NCBI GenBank assembly: GCA_963804995.1
Contig: CAWDSK010000005.1
Span: 128,001 to 192,000, forward strand
Reading direction: 5' to 3'
DNA: 64,000 bases
Origin: an uncultured Acidobacteriota bacterium
Lineage (GTDB): Bacteria > Acidobacteriota > Terriglobia > UBA7540
The stretch's first letter is position 1, and every line of letters starts with the position of its first letter. A program made the translations under genes and the position numbers. The notes beneath the pieces are model-generated. The model was not told where the DNA came from, made no database searches, and saw only the letters and a program-made list of their open reading frames with translations. This document shows, piece after piece, positions 38,375-48,525 of this stretch.

Positions 38375-39749
38375 CTAGCTGATCAGTCCCTCGTGAACCT
38401 TGGTCACAGCCTTGACGACGTCGTCCAGGTCGGCGTCGCTCCATTTCGGACCGATATACAGGCTGGCATAACGGGCCTTCACGTTCGAGCGCTCGCGGGC
38501 AACACTCAGCCCCATATTGCATGGCCTTTCCCCTGGGGGTATTGAACGACGGCCATTGCGGATGGGGTGCTACCTTGTCAGCGATGTAACCCATGGTGGG
38601 CAGATTAATCGTGCCCAGGATCCCGACATCCATCGGTACGTTTTCAGCCTTCATGGCTTTGATGAATTGGTCACGTAATTCGGTGGTGGGCAGCAGCAGA
38701 TCAAGGCTGATGTTGAGGTCTCCTCCCGGATTGTTGCTGGGCCGCAGCTTGAGGCCGGGGAGATCCTTGATTTTTTCGGTCACGTATTGGTGCATGCGTC
38801 GATGGTTGGCGATCGCGGTTTCAAGCTTGCGAACTTGGGCGCACAGAACCGCCCCCGTCTCTTCATTCATGCGGTAGTTGAGACCGACCAGCGTTTCCGG
38901 CTTACCGTCGCCGCGTCGGTGTTCGCTCATGCCCAGGGCGGGCCGGAACGTGGGCCTCACCCCTCCCAGATCGTGGAACCGGATGGCTCGTTCGTAGAGC
39001 GCTTTATCATTGGTGATGACGCAGCCGCCTTCTCCGGAGGTCATCATTTTGGCGGTTTGGAAACTGAAGATTCCGATGTCCCCCATGGTGCCGGTGTGTT
39101 TGCCCTTGTAACTTGCCCCAATGGCCTCCGCTGAATCTTCCAGCACCTTCAGGTTATGCTCGCGCGCGATGGCCAGGATTTTGTCGATATTCGCCACGGT
39201 GCCGGAAAGGTGCGATGGGATGACCACTTTGGTCTGGGGAGTGATCTTCCTTTTCAGGTCTTCGGGATCCATGGCGAAGGTCTCGTCAATTTCGCAGAAC
39301 ACGGGCAAGGCCCCGGTCATGATGATCACGTTGTAATCGGAGTGCCACGTTTCGGCGGGTAGGATGACCTCGTCGCCCGGTCCCACGCCCAGAGCGTTAA
39401 TGGCGACGTGCAGCGCGGCGGTTCCGGAAGTCACCCCCAGCGCATACTTGACGCCCATGAATTTGGCAAATTCCTCTTCGAAGGTCTTGGCCTTTTGCGG
39501 CTGGCTGAACCCGTAGAAGCGGAACAAACTCCGGGTCTCAACGGCTTCATCCAATTCCCGTTTTTCCTCAGCGCCAATGAAATTAGCCCCTTCGTAATTC
39601 GTGGTCAGGGGCGTGGCACGGACGGGTGTTCCGCCGTTGATGGCCAGGCGCGGAGCAGCCGCGCCCGCTAACAGGGGAGCTGAGGCGGCCGCGGTAACGG
39701 CAGTAAGAAATCCCCGCCGGCTGATTCCTGACATTTCATCCTTGGTCAT
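38375..39749 (-). CDS. DegT/DnrJ/EryC1/StrS PLP aminotransferase with Tat signal; +1 indel at ~38485
   Basis: SRRGFL Tat motif; SGTAALH, EDSAEA, FSFQTAKMMTSGEGG; natural C-terminus DDVVKAVTKV in the shifted frame. Confidence 0.88.
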
Positions 39750-39879
39750 AACATTTTCCTCCAGAGTTGACAGTCTGATCAAAAGGACCAGGGCCCAGGC
39801 TAGCTCCCAGCCCCACCCCCTCCTGATGCCCGAATTCTATCACAATAGTTGACCGTTGGCAGGCTGGCGCAGATTCCGG

Positions 39880-39966
39880 TGCTGTCCTAATTTAAACGTA
39901 ACGCCCCGATGCATCGGGGCTCAATGCCGGCTGGAAGCCAGCGCTACATCTGAAATTAGGACAGCA
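39880..39966. mobile_element. MITE-like element with 14-bp TIRs enclosing a REP pair
   Basis: TGCTGTCCTAATTT / AAATTAGGACAGCA; 41 bp identical to 43415-43455. Confidence 0.6.
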
Positions 39967-40209
39967 TCCAGATTCCCGTCCGTCGGGGTCTGCGATGTCC
40001 CGAAGGGACGTGTAAGCATGTATGCCGTTATGATTGCGTACCCTCGCCAAATATTGAACAAACGGGACTCAGGACCGTTGCGTTTCCAAGTTGCTAGGTG
40101 TACCTTACTTTTCATCAGGTAGTCACAAATCGAAACTTTGGATAATCGGCACCATCGTCGTCCAAGCCGAGCGAAGGTGCTGACCGCTGTGCGCAGGAGG
40201 AGGTCCCAA

Positions 40210-43200
40210 ATGAGCTTCCCGTTTACCCGCAGAGCTTCTCAGAACCGCCCGCGGTTGTCCGCTCTTTTTCTCGTGCCACTAATGATGCTTATCGTCGCAC
40301 CCCTGCTGTTACAGGCACAGGTTCCCCAAGTCGCATCGGTAAAAGTCACGGCAACTCCCCAGGGCGCCAAGGCAACCACTTCGCTTGACCCTGCCAAGGC
40401 TGCCTTTCACCCTTCGCGCGTCCTGGTTCGTTTCCGTAACGGGACCGATTTCATGCCGGGTTCCCCGGCGGCAATACACCTCGGCGGGCATGCCAATGTG
40501 TATCGCGTCGATAACCCGCCCGGCCTCTCGGTCGAGAAAGTCCTTGCGCACTACCGGGCCAATCCCAACGTGGTTTACGCCGAGGAAGACTTTCGGGTCG
40601 AGGCCATCAACACCATTCCTAATGACACGCTCTGGGCCCAACAATGGGATATGGTGAAAATTGCCGCCCCGGCGGCCTGGGACCTCCAGACCAACTCGAG
40701 TGATGTGGTGGTCGCCATCATCGACACCGGCATCGATTACACTCACCCGGACTTGGCAGCCAATATTTACACCGTGGCCTCTGCGGTGGTCGGCTACACC
40801 TGCATCGGCGGATCCTGCGTGGCGGGTGGCTTGGATGATTTCGGGCACGGCACACATGTGGCAGGTACGATCAGCGCAGTGGGCAACAATGGCGTGGGTA
40901 TCGCCGGAATCAACTGGGCGGTCAAATTGCTCTCCCTGAAGTTTCTGGATTCGAATGGAAGCGGCTATATCTCGGACGCGGTGCTGGCCTTTAATCTGGT
41001 GGCCCAGCTCAAGAGTTCCGGAGTGAACATCCGGGTAACCAGCAACTCCTGGGGGGGCGGTGGTTTTGACCAGTCGCTCAAGGACGCCATGTCGGCGGTC
41101 GAAGCCTTGGGCATCGTAAACGTCTGCGCCGCCGGCAATAGCGCGGTGAACGCGGACTTCTCCCCCATGTACCCGGCAGCCTACGACAACCGGGGCATCA
41201 TCTCCGTGCTGGCGTCCGACTCGAATGACTTGGGCGCCTACTTCACCAACTACGGGCTGGCCAGCGTGGATATCGCCGCGCCGGGTGTGAACACGCTCTC
41301 CACCGTGCCCACGGGGAGCTGCACGCTGTGCGATCCCAGTGGCTACACATTATTGTCTGGCACCTCCATGGCCACACCCCATGTCTCCGGGGTCGTTGCG
41401 GCGCTCTTGCATCGCAATCCCACGCTCACGGCAGACCTGGCGCGCGACGAAATCCTGGATCCCGGAAGTTACGACACCCTGACGGATCCATTGGCCATGA
41501 GCACGTCCACGGGCGGCCGCCTGAATTTCTATAAGGCCATCACCAATACTTCATTTCTGACCAATCCTCATCTGAACAATTTCCCCACCTTGACCATGGG
41601 CCCGAATGTTTTTGCTTCCGCGAGCGAGGCAGTGAGTCTGACCGCCACCGGGAGCGACCCGGACGGCGATCCACTTCGTTATGCCTGGGGCAAGTCAACG
41701 AGCACGGGCACGCAATGGCTGTTCGGTTGGATGTTGGGGAACATCTTTCCCGCACCGTCCGGTTCAGGAGCCTCGTTCAATGCTCCTTATATAGATCGGA
41801 CCGCCACGGTACCCTACGGCGCCTCCGTGGCCGACGGGCGAGGCGGTGGAGCGAGCGGGCAGGCTTTTGTCACGGTGTCTCCCGAGACTAACCCCGGATC
41901 GCCACCCTCAGGGAGCCTCACGCTTTCCTCGAACAGCATCGCTGTCGGGGGCAATGTCACCGTGAACTTCCCGGTCACTGATTCCAAGGGCGGCCCCTTA
42001 CCGTGGGACATGTGGGCCTCAGGGTTGTATGGCGCCAGCGGCTGGTGCTGTTTTACAGGTTCGTCGTCCTCCATTACCTTCAGCAGCGCCGGGGTCTATC
42101 GAATCGGGGTTCAAGCCATCGACCAGGAATTGAATCTTTCCACCCGCCCCACCGCCGTAGTTTCGGTGGGAGGAGCCACCGGCACCCCGCCTATCGCCGC
42201 GGCCACGGTGGACAAGTTGAGTGGTCCGGTCCCTTTGACCGTGAACTTCGACATGAGTGGAAGCACGGACCCGGATGGCACCATTTCGTATTACTACTTC
42301 ATTTGCGGAGGGACGGGGTTTGCCACTGGATCGACCAGCCCGAAAGGCAGTTGCACATATACCACTCCGGGCGCCTATTGGAATGAGCTGGAAGTTCAGG
42401 ATAACAGCGGGTACGTCGACATTATCTCGGTGTATACGGTGGCCACCCCGGTGGGGGGAGGTGATACCACGCCGCCCACGGTCTCGATTACCAGTCCCGG
42501 TAATGGCGCGAGCGTGTTCGGCACCACCGCGATTAGCGCGAACGCCTCGGATGACCCCGGCGGCAGCGGCGTCAAAGAAGTCGACTTCTATCTGGATACC
42601 ACGACCTTGCTCGGCACCGCTACCTCAGGCTCCCCCTATACGATCAACTGGGATACTTCCAGCGTCACACCCGGAGCGCATACGCTTACTGCCAAAGCTA
42701 CAGACTTTGCCGGGAACACCGGCACTTCCTCGAGTGTCAGTATCACCGTTACGAATTTCACAATCGGGGTCTCGCCGACCAGCGCCTCCGTGAACCAGGG
42801 TCTGGGCACCACAACGAAAGCCACCGTAACTCCACTCAACGGTTTTAATGGAATTGTCACCTTCAGCGTAACCGGGGCGCCGGCGGGTTTGACGACTGGC
42901 TTCAGCCCGGCCACGGTCACGGGCTCCGGCAGTTCTACGTTGACGCTGACCGCCACCGCCGTCGCGGCGGGAGTTTACCCGTTGACGGTTACGGGCTCAA
43001 GCGGAACGCTTACGCACTCGGCAACATTCACGCTGACCGTTAAGCTGGGTGGCGCGCTCTCCGTGACGGCGAGTCCCGCCTCCATCAAGGTCAGCCGCTC
43101 AACCAGCCCGTCCGTCACGACTACCATCAAGGTGACTAGCTCGAGCGGTTTCCTGGGCCCCGTCACGCTCACAGCCAGCGGCCTGCCTGGCGGCGCCACC

Positions 43201-43374
43201 GCCAGCTTCACTCCAACCAGTGTGAATGTGGCGCCGGGAAGCCCGGGCAGTTCGACCCTGAAGGTAACCGTCAGCTCAAAAACGAAAATTGGGAACTCAA
43301 GCCTCACTGTGACGGCGAAAAGCAATGGAGGACCACAAGCGCAAACGAAGCTGACGCTGCAAGTTACTAAGTAA
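40210..43374 (+). CDS. Secreted S8 (subtilisin-like) peptidase with PKD/Ig-like domains
   Basis: IIDTG, HGTHVAG, AAGN, GTSMATPHV triad; Ser/Thr-rich beta-sandwich repeats; AGGAGG RBS. Confidence 0.93.
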   Translation: MSFPFTRRASQNRPRLSALFLVPLMMLIVAPLLLQAQVPQVASVKVTATPQGAKATTSLDPAKAAFHPSRVLVRFRNGTDFMPGSPAAIHLGGHANVYRVDNPPGLSVEKVLAHYRANPNVVYAEEDFRVEAINTIPNDTLWAQQWDMVKIAAPAAWDLQTNSSDVVVAIIDTGIDYTHPDLAANIYTVASAVVGYTCIGGSCVAGGLDDFGHGTHVAGTISAVGNNGVGIAGINWAVKLLSLKFLDSNGSGYISDAVLAFNLVAQLKSSGVNIRVTSNSWGGGGFDQSLKDAMSAVEALGIVNVCAAGNSAVNADFSPMYPAAYDNRGIISVLASDSNDLGAYFTNYGLASVDIAAPGVNTLSTVPTGSCTLCDPSGYTLLSGTSMATPHVSGVVAALLHRNPTLTADLARDEILDPGSYDTLTDPLAMSTSTGGRLNFYKAITNTSFLTNPHLNNFPTLTMGPNVFASASEAVSLTATGSDPDGDPLRYAWGKSTSTGTQWLFGWMLGNIFPAPSGSGASFNAPYIDRTATVPYGASVADGRGGGASGQAFVTVSPETNPGSPPSGSLTLSSNSIAVGGNVTVNFPVTDSKGGPLPWDMWASGLYGASGWCCFTGSSSSITFSSAGVYRIGVQAIDQELNLSTRPTAVVSVGGATGTPPIAAATVDKLSGPVPLTVNFDMSGSTDPDGTISYYYFICGGTGFATGSTSPKGSCTYTTPGAYWNELEVQDNSGYVDIISVYTVATPVGGGDTTPPTVSITSPGNGASVFGTTAISANASDDPGGSGVKEVDFYLDTTTLLGTATSGSPYTINWDTSSVTPGAHTLTAKATDFAGNTGTSSSVSITVTNFTIGVSPTSASVNQGLGTTTKATVTPLNGFNGIVTFSVTGAPAGLTTGFSPATVTGSGSSTLTLTATAVAAGVYPLTVTGSSGTLTHSATFTLTVKLGGALSVTASPASIKVSRSTSPSVTTTIKVTSSSGFLGPVTLTASGLPGGATASFTPTSVNVAPGSPGSSTLKVTVSSKTKIGNSSLTVTAKSNGGPQAQTKLTLQVTK

Positions 43375-43386
43375 CCCCCATACCTC

Positions 43387-43459
43387 CCGGGAGCGCTCCT
43401 AACTTGAACGTGGCGCCGGCTGGAAGCCAGCGCTACATCTGAAATTAGGACAGCACCGG
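43387..43459. mobile_element. Second, degenerate copy of the TIR/REP element
   Basis: 41-bp identity to 39926-39966. Confidence 0.55.
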
Positions 43460-43670
43460 ATTGCTCCGTGAGTTGATTTTTCGCGGATGAACACCTATCA
43501 TCCTCTCGACTGCGTTCCCAGGGGGAGGTTATCCCTCACGCAGGGGTCGGTTCGATCATTGTGGTTTGCGCCCTATCGCTCAGCATTCTTAAAAGCGTCC
43601 TACTACCCACCGACCCAAAACCCCGGGACACGATTGCCTCGCCACGATCGCCACAGAGAGGATTGGTTTT

Positions 43671-43868
43671 ATGCCCGCTGAAGGTTCTGAATTTGAAGTG
43701 GGGACTTATATTTGCCCTAATACCCAGACTGAGGTAACGCTCAAGCAGTCTCGCTCGCTGGCCTTTGTCAGGTGGCCGATCGTCGTGGAAAAGTGCGCAG
43801 CTTGTGGAAAGGCGCACGAACTTGAATCCACCAACGTCATGCATCAGCCGATTTACGGCCGGGAATAA
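43671..43868 (+). CDS. Small Zn-ribbon-like protein
   Basis: GAGGA RBS; YICPNT...CAACGKAH. Confidence 0.6.
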   Translation: MPAEGSEFEVGTYICPNTQTEVTLKQSRSLAFVRWPIVVEKCAACGKAHELESTNVMHQPIYGRE

Positions 43869-43880
43869 ACTCCAGGCACA

Positions 43881-44107
43881 CTAGTGTCCTGAGTCAGAAG
43901 TTCGCTGATGATTCGAGAACCCCCTCCCCCCGGCCCCTCTCCCCCAAAGGGGCGAGGGGGGAGTTTGTTTGAGTTTACTGCCCTCGCCCCCTTGGGGGAG
44001 AGGGTGGCCCGCCGCCGGCGTTTTCATCAGCCGGGGCGGGACGGGTGAGGGGGTCGCCCTGGAACCCAGTGAGACTTTGTCAGCGAACTTCTGACTCAGG
44101 ACACTAG
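43881..44107. mobile_element. 227-bp MITE with perfect 28-bp TIRs carrying REP hairpins
   Basis: CTAGTGTCCTGAGTCAGAAGTTCGCTGA inverted at both ends; CTAG termini. Confidence 0.8.
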
Positions 44108-44255
44108 AGCCTCGCAGCCAAGGGATCATTGTGCGCTCAATCCTCCGGTGTGGCGGGGGTATCGTGGGTTGCGATGAAGAGGGGCTTGGTAAGGTTTGCA
44201 GGTCAGGGGCTCGATAAGTTGTCGGCCCCCGACCCACAAGCTCAAAAACATCCGA

Positions 44256-45518
44256 TCAGGGATACAGTCCGCGCAACCTGGTGGCCTCAGCAACTCGGCT
44301 GATGCCCAACATGTTGGCAGCGGTGCGCATACTCTGCTTGCGCTCCAGGTGAATCTTCAACACTTCCGCGAAGCTGGTCTTCATGACCCGCTCCAGACGG
44401 TTGTAAACATCCTGCGCCTCCCAGAACAGGTGCTGTTCGTCCTGCACCCACTCAAAGTAGGAGACCGTCACGCCACCGGCATTGCAGAGAATGTCAGGGA
44501 TCACGAAGATCCCGTTTTTCTCCAGAATGGCGTCGCCTGCGGGCGTGACCGGTCCATTGGCCGCCTCGCCGACGATCTTGGCTTTCACAGCCCCGGCATT
44601 GTGCTCGTCAATCGCGTTTTCGAGCGCAGCAGGAATCAGGATTTCGCAGTCCAGGGCGAACAATTGCTTCGGGCTGATGGCCTCGGCCCCGGGGAATCCC
44701 ACCACGCTGCCCGTCGTCTCTTTGAACGCGATCAGCTTGGTGACATCCATGCCATTGGTATTAAGAACGCAGCCGCGGGAATCATTGGCTGCGATGACCT
44801 TTGCCCCGTTGTCGAACAACAATTGCGCCGCGATGGTGCCGGCATTACCGAAGCCTTGCACGACCACCCTCGCGCCCTTGACGGGGATCTTGAGGTGCTC
44901 GGCCGCACTCACGACCGTGTAGTACACCCCGCGACCCGTCGCCTCATTTCGCCCCAGAGAGCCGCCTAAAGCAATCGGCTTTCCTGTAACGACGCCGGAG
45001 ACCGGATAGCCCTTGGTCATGCTGTAAGTGTCCATGATCCAGGCCATGATCTGCGAGTTCGTGTAGACATCCGGAGCCGGGATGTCTCGCTCCGGGCCAA
45101 TGAGCGGCAGGATGGCACTCGCATAACGCCGAGTGAGGTGCTCGATTTCAGTCAGAGACATCTCTTTGGGATTGCAAGTCACGCCACCCTTGCCACCACC
45201 GAAGGGAATGTTGACCACAGCGCACTTCCAAGTCATCCAAGTGGCCAAGGCTTTCACTTCATCAAGGGTAACGCCAGGATGATAGCGGATTCCTCCTTTG
45301 GCTGGGCCCCGCGAGGTGCTGTGCTGGACCCGATAGCCCACAAACCTTTGAATCTTGCCGTTGTCCATCCGAACGGGCAGATTGACTTCCAGGATTCGTT
45401 CCGGATACTTCACCATGTTACGAATACTCTCGTCTAGTTCCAGTGCCTCCGCCGCGAGATCGAAATTCTCCATGGCGGAGTCGTACGCAGTCTTGACAGT
45501 TTCAGTTAAGACACCCAT
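44256..45518 (-). CDS. gdhA: Glu/Leu/Phe/Val dehydrogenase (glutamate dehydrogenase)
   Basis: KGGIRYHP, GGGKGG, DIPAPD, QGFGNAG, NAGGVTVSYFEW. Confidence 0.93.
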   Translation of the reverse strand: MGVLTETVKTAYDSAMENFDLAAEALELDESIRNMVKYPERILEVNLPVRMDNGKIQRFVGYRVQHSTSRGPAKGGIRYHPGVTLDEVKALATWMTWKCAVVNIPFGGGKGGVTCNPKEMSLTEIEHLTRRYASAILPLIGPERDIPAPDVYTNSQIMAWIMDTYSMTKGYPVSGVVTGKPIALGGSLGRNEATGRGVYYTVVSAAEHLKIPVKGARVVVQGFGNAGTIAAQLLFDNGAKVIAANDSRGCVLNTNGMDVTKLIAFKETTGSVVGFPGAEAISPKQLFALDCEILIPAALENAIDEHNAGAVKAKIVGEAANGPVTPAGDAILEKNGIFVIPDILCNAGGVTVSYFEWVQDEQHLFWEAQDVYNRLERVMKTSFAEVLKIHLERKQSMRTAANMLGISRVAEATRLRGLYP

Positions 45519-45838
45519 TTCCAACACCCCCTATTCGCGAGGAACGTTCTAAAATCCAGACGGAGTATGGAGCAAATTGAAGACCAAGGCAACGACCACC
45601 CGTCAGATATGACATAAAGTCCTATAAGCCACTTTGTTCATTTTGAGACGTTAAAACCGGCAACTTTGTCACTTTTGGAGGCTCGGGGTGGGGTCTGGGT
45701 GGCATATGAATTGCTCCAACAGAGCGCCGGGCCTAGACAGATGCGAAGGTTGCCGTTCGCAGACGCGCTCCACACCCGACTTACGCACTGGGTGGGTATT
45801 AGCGCGCAGCGAAAAGGCGGTTTCAGGGAGGGAAAAGC

Positions 45839-48190
45839 GTGGATCCTCAGACTCCGAATCAGGTCAATTCTCAAGCGGAGAAGCCCAAGCCTAAAGTACG
45901 ACTTAACCCCAAAGCGCCCCGCCAGGTGTTGCCGGTGCGTTCACCCGAAGAGCGGGTGAAGGGTTGCGAAGAGGTCTCCCGGGGCTTCCAGATGGAGCAT
46001 GTCCGGATTGAGGCGCTGCGCTGCTTGCAGTGTAAGGACCCCGTCTGCATGAAGACCTGCCCCCTGCACATCGACATCAAGAGTTTCATCGGATTGATGG
46101 CGCAAGGGGATTTCGAAGCGGCCTATCAGAAGATCAGCGAGGAGAGTCCCTTCCCGGGGATTTGTGGCCGGGTGTGCCAGCACGAGTTGTACTGTGAGAA
46201 GGTTTGCTTGCTCGGCAAAAAGCTGGAGCCCGTGGCGATCGGTTCACTCGAGCGCTTTGCGGCGGATTACCACGGGAAGACGGAGTCATCCTCCGCGCCT
46301 GAGGTACCCGCCCCGAATGGCAAGCGCGTCGCCTTGATCGGCAGCGGTCCAGCCTCCTTGATTGCGGCGTATGACCTGGTGAGGAACGGGTACCGCGTGA
46401 CGGTCTTTGAAGCCTTGCACCAACTGGGCGGCGTGTTGGCCTACGGCATCCCGAATTTCCGCCTGCCCCGCGAAATCATCCACGAGGAGATTGACCGGCT
46501 GCGCGCCATGGGCGTGGAGTTCCGCAAAGACGTTATTGTGGGGAAGACTTATTCCGTTGAGGAACTTTTTGCGGAAGGCTTTGAGGCTGTATTCCTCGGC
46601 ACGGGCGCAGGGCTCCCGCATTTGATGCACATTCCGGGCGAAAACCTGATCGGGGTCTATACCGCCAACGAATTCCTGACCCGCCTGAACCTGATGGAGG
46701 CCTTTCGCTTTCCGCAAACCGACACTCCGGTGCGCGTGGGGGGGCGAACCGTGGTGGTGGGCGGTGGGAACTCCGCCATGGACGCCGCCCGGTGGGCGCG
46801 GCGGATGGGCAGTGAGACTACCATCCTGTTCCGGCGTGGGCGTGCCGAATTGCGCGCGCGCCTGGAGGAGATCGAGCATGCCGAAGAAGAAGGCGTGCAC
46901 TTTGAATTTCTGGCGGCGCCCACCCGTTTGTTTGGCGACGAGAAGGGAACCCTGCGCGAGATGGAGTGCATCCGCATGCAGTTGGGCGAAGTCGATGAAT
47001 CCGGCCGGCCCTCACCCGTACCCATGCCGGGCTCGGAGTATCGAGTGCCGGTGGATACGGTGGTCATGGCCATCGGGCAAAGCGCCAACCCGACCGTGCA
47101 GCGCGCCACGCCGCAACTGGTGACCAACCGCGGCAAAATCGTGGTCGACACTGAGGGGCAGACGAGTTTCGCCCGAGTCTTTGCCGGTGGGGACGTGGTG
47201 CGCGGCGGCTCGACCGTGATCCTGGCCATGCGCGATGGGCGTGCGGCCGCGGCGGCAATTCATAACGCTTTGAAGGATCACGACGCCACTGGGGCAACCG
47301 AGGCGGCTACGGCCGAAACATCCGGCGAAGTCCAACCCGCCGTGGTGGAGAATCGCATTCTTGCGAAGCGGCTGATCACTCCGGAAATAGCCTGGTTTGA
47401 GGTTCAGGCCACGGGCATCGCGCGCCACTGGCAGGCCGGCCAATTTGTGATTGTCCGTCCCCGCGCCGACAGTGAGCGCATTCCTCTGACGATTGTGGAT
47501 GGCGATGCAGAGAAGGGAAGCATCGTTTTGGTGGTGCAGGCGGTGGGGAAGACCAGCCGCGTCACGGTTGGGCTCGAGGTGGGCGAGGCTTTCGAAGATT
47601 TGCTGGGTCCTCTGGGCCAAGCCGCCTCGATTGAGAACGTGGGCCACGTGGTCTGCATCGCGGGAGGCGTGGGCGTGGCAGAGTTGTTGCCCGTGGCGCG
47701 CGCGTTCCGGAAAGCCGGCAATCGCGTCACGGCATTGTGCGGAGCGCGTTCGACGGCACAGATCATCCTTGATGCAGAACTCCGCACGGCATGTGATGAA
47801 GTCCAGTGGGCGACTGACGATGGTTCGGCGGGAATGCACGGCACGGTCGTGGACCTGATGCGCGCCTGGAAGTCCGCGCAGTCATCTCCGGTGGGCGCCG
47901 CGCACGTGATTGGACCCATTCCCATGATGCGCGCGGCGGCGGCGCTGACACGCGAGTGGGGTGTGCACACTTTGGCCAGTCTCAATCCCATCATGGTGGA
48001 CGGCACCGGCATGTGCGGCGGCTGCCGCGTCACTGTGGGCGACAAGGTGAAGTTCGCCTGCGTGGACGGCCCGGAATTCGACGCGCACAAAGTGGACTTC
48101 GAGGAATTGACCCGCCGCACTCGCGCCTACCTTGACCAGGAGCGCCAGACGCGCGAGCAGCACGAGTGTCACATTGGGCTCGGATGCTGA
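45839..48190 (+). CDS. Fused NfnB(GltD/SudA-like)-NfnA(PyrK/SudB-like) flavoprotein
   Basis: CLQCKDPVCMKTCP and CGRVC..CEKVC clusters, GSGPAS, GGGNSAMD; then GQFVIVR, ERIPLTI, MVDGTGMCGGCRV..CVDGPEF. Confidence 0.88.
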   Translation: MDPQTPNQVNSQAEKPKPKVRLNPKAPRQVLPVRSPEERVKGCEEVSRGFQMEHVRIEALRCLQCKDPVCMKTCPLHIDIKSFIGLMAQGDFEAAYQKISEESPFPGICGRVCQHELYCEKVCLLGKKLEPVAIGSLERFAADYHGKTESSSAPEVPAPNGKRVALIGSGPASLIAAYDLVRNGYRVTVFEALHQLGGVLAYGIPNFRLPREIIHEEIDRLRAMGVEFRKDVIVGKTYSVEELFAEGFEAVFLGTGAGLPHLMHIPGENLIGVYTANEFLTRLNLMEAFRFPQTDTPVRVGGRTVVVGGGNSAMDAARWARRMGSETTILFRRGRAELRARLEEIEHAEEEGVHFEFLAAPTRLFGDEKGTLREMECIRMQLGEVDESGRPSPVPMPGSEYRVPVDTVVMAIGQSANPTVQRATPQLVTNRGKIVVDTEGQTSFARVFAGGDVVRGGSTVILAMRDGRAAAAAIHNALKDHDATGATEAATAETSGEVQPAVVENRILAKRLITPEIAWFEVQATGIARHWQAGQFVIVRPRADSERIPLTIVDGDAEKGSIVLVVQAVGKTSRVTVGLEVGEAFEDLLGPLGQAASIENVGHVVCIAGGVGVAELLPVARAFRKAGNRVTALCGARSTAQIILDAELRTACDEVQWATDDGSAGMHGTVVDLMRAWKSAQSSPVGAAHVIGPIPMMRAAAALTREWGVHTLASLNPIMVDGTGMCGGCRVTVGDKVKFACVDGPEFDAHKVDFEELTRRTRAYLDQERQTREQHECHIGLGC

Positions 48191-48298
48191 TTAAATGCAC
48201 GCGGCCGCGCCACAGGGAAAAATCAGGGGGCGAAAAGCGCGGGCAGTTAGGGAATTTGATGGGACAACAGCCGCTACGGGCCGCGGAGAGCAACAAGC

Positions 48299-48364
48299 CG
48301 CTTTATCTTTTCAGCACCACCGCTTTATCTTTTCAGCACCAGCGCTTTATCTTTTCAGCACCAC
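48299..48364. repeat. 3 x 22-bp tandem repeat CGCTTTATCTTTTCAGCACCA(C/G)
   Basis: Copies at 48299, 48321 and 48343, no spacers. Confidence 0.9.
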
Positions 48365-48525
48365 CCCGGCGCTCAGCGCGCCACCCCTCCTCATCTGAGG
48401 AGGGGAGTTTTAAAGGGGAACTCCCCTCCTGATTCAGGAGGGGTGGCGGTCCGACCGCCGGGGTGGTTACGCGAGCGCCGGAGGCGACGGGGTGGTTACG
48501 CGAGCGCCGTAGTCTGCCGCCCTCC

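Noticed and set aside
48299..48364. Possible mini-CRISPR (22-bp repeats)
   Set aside because: Repeats are contiguous with no spacers; no cas genes
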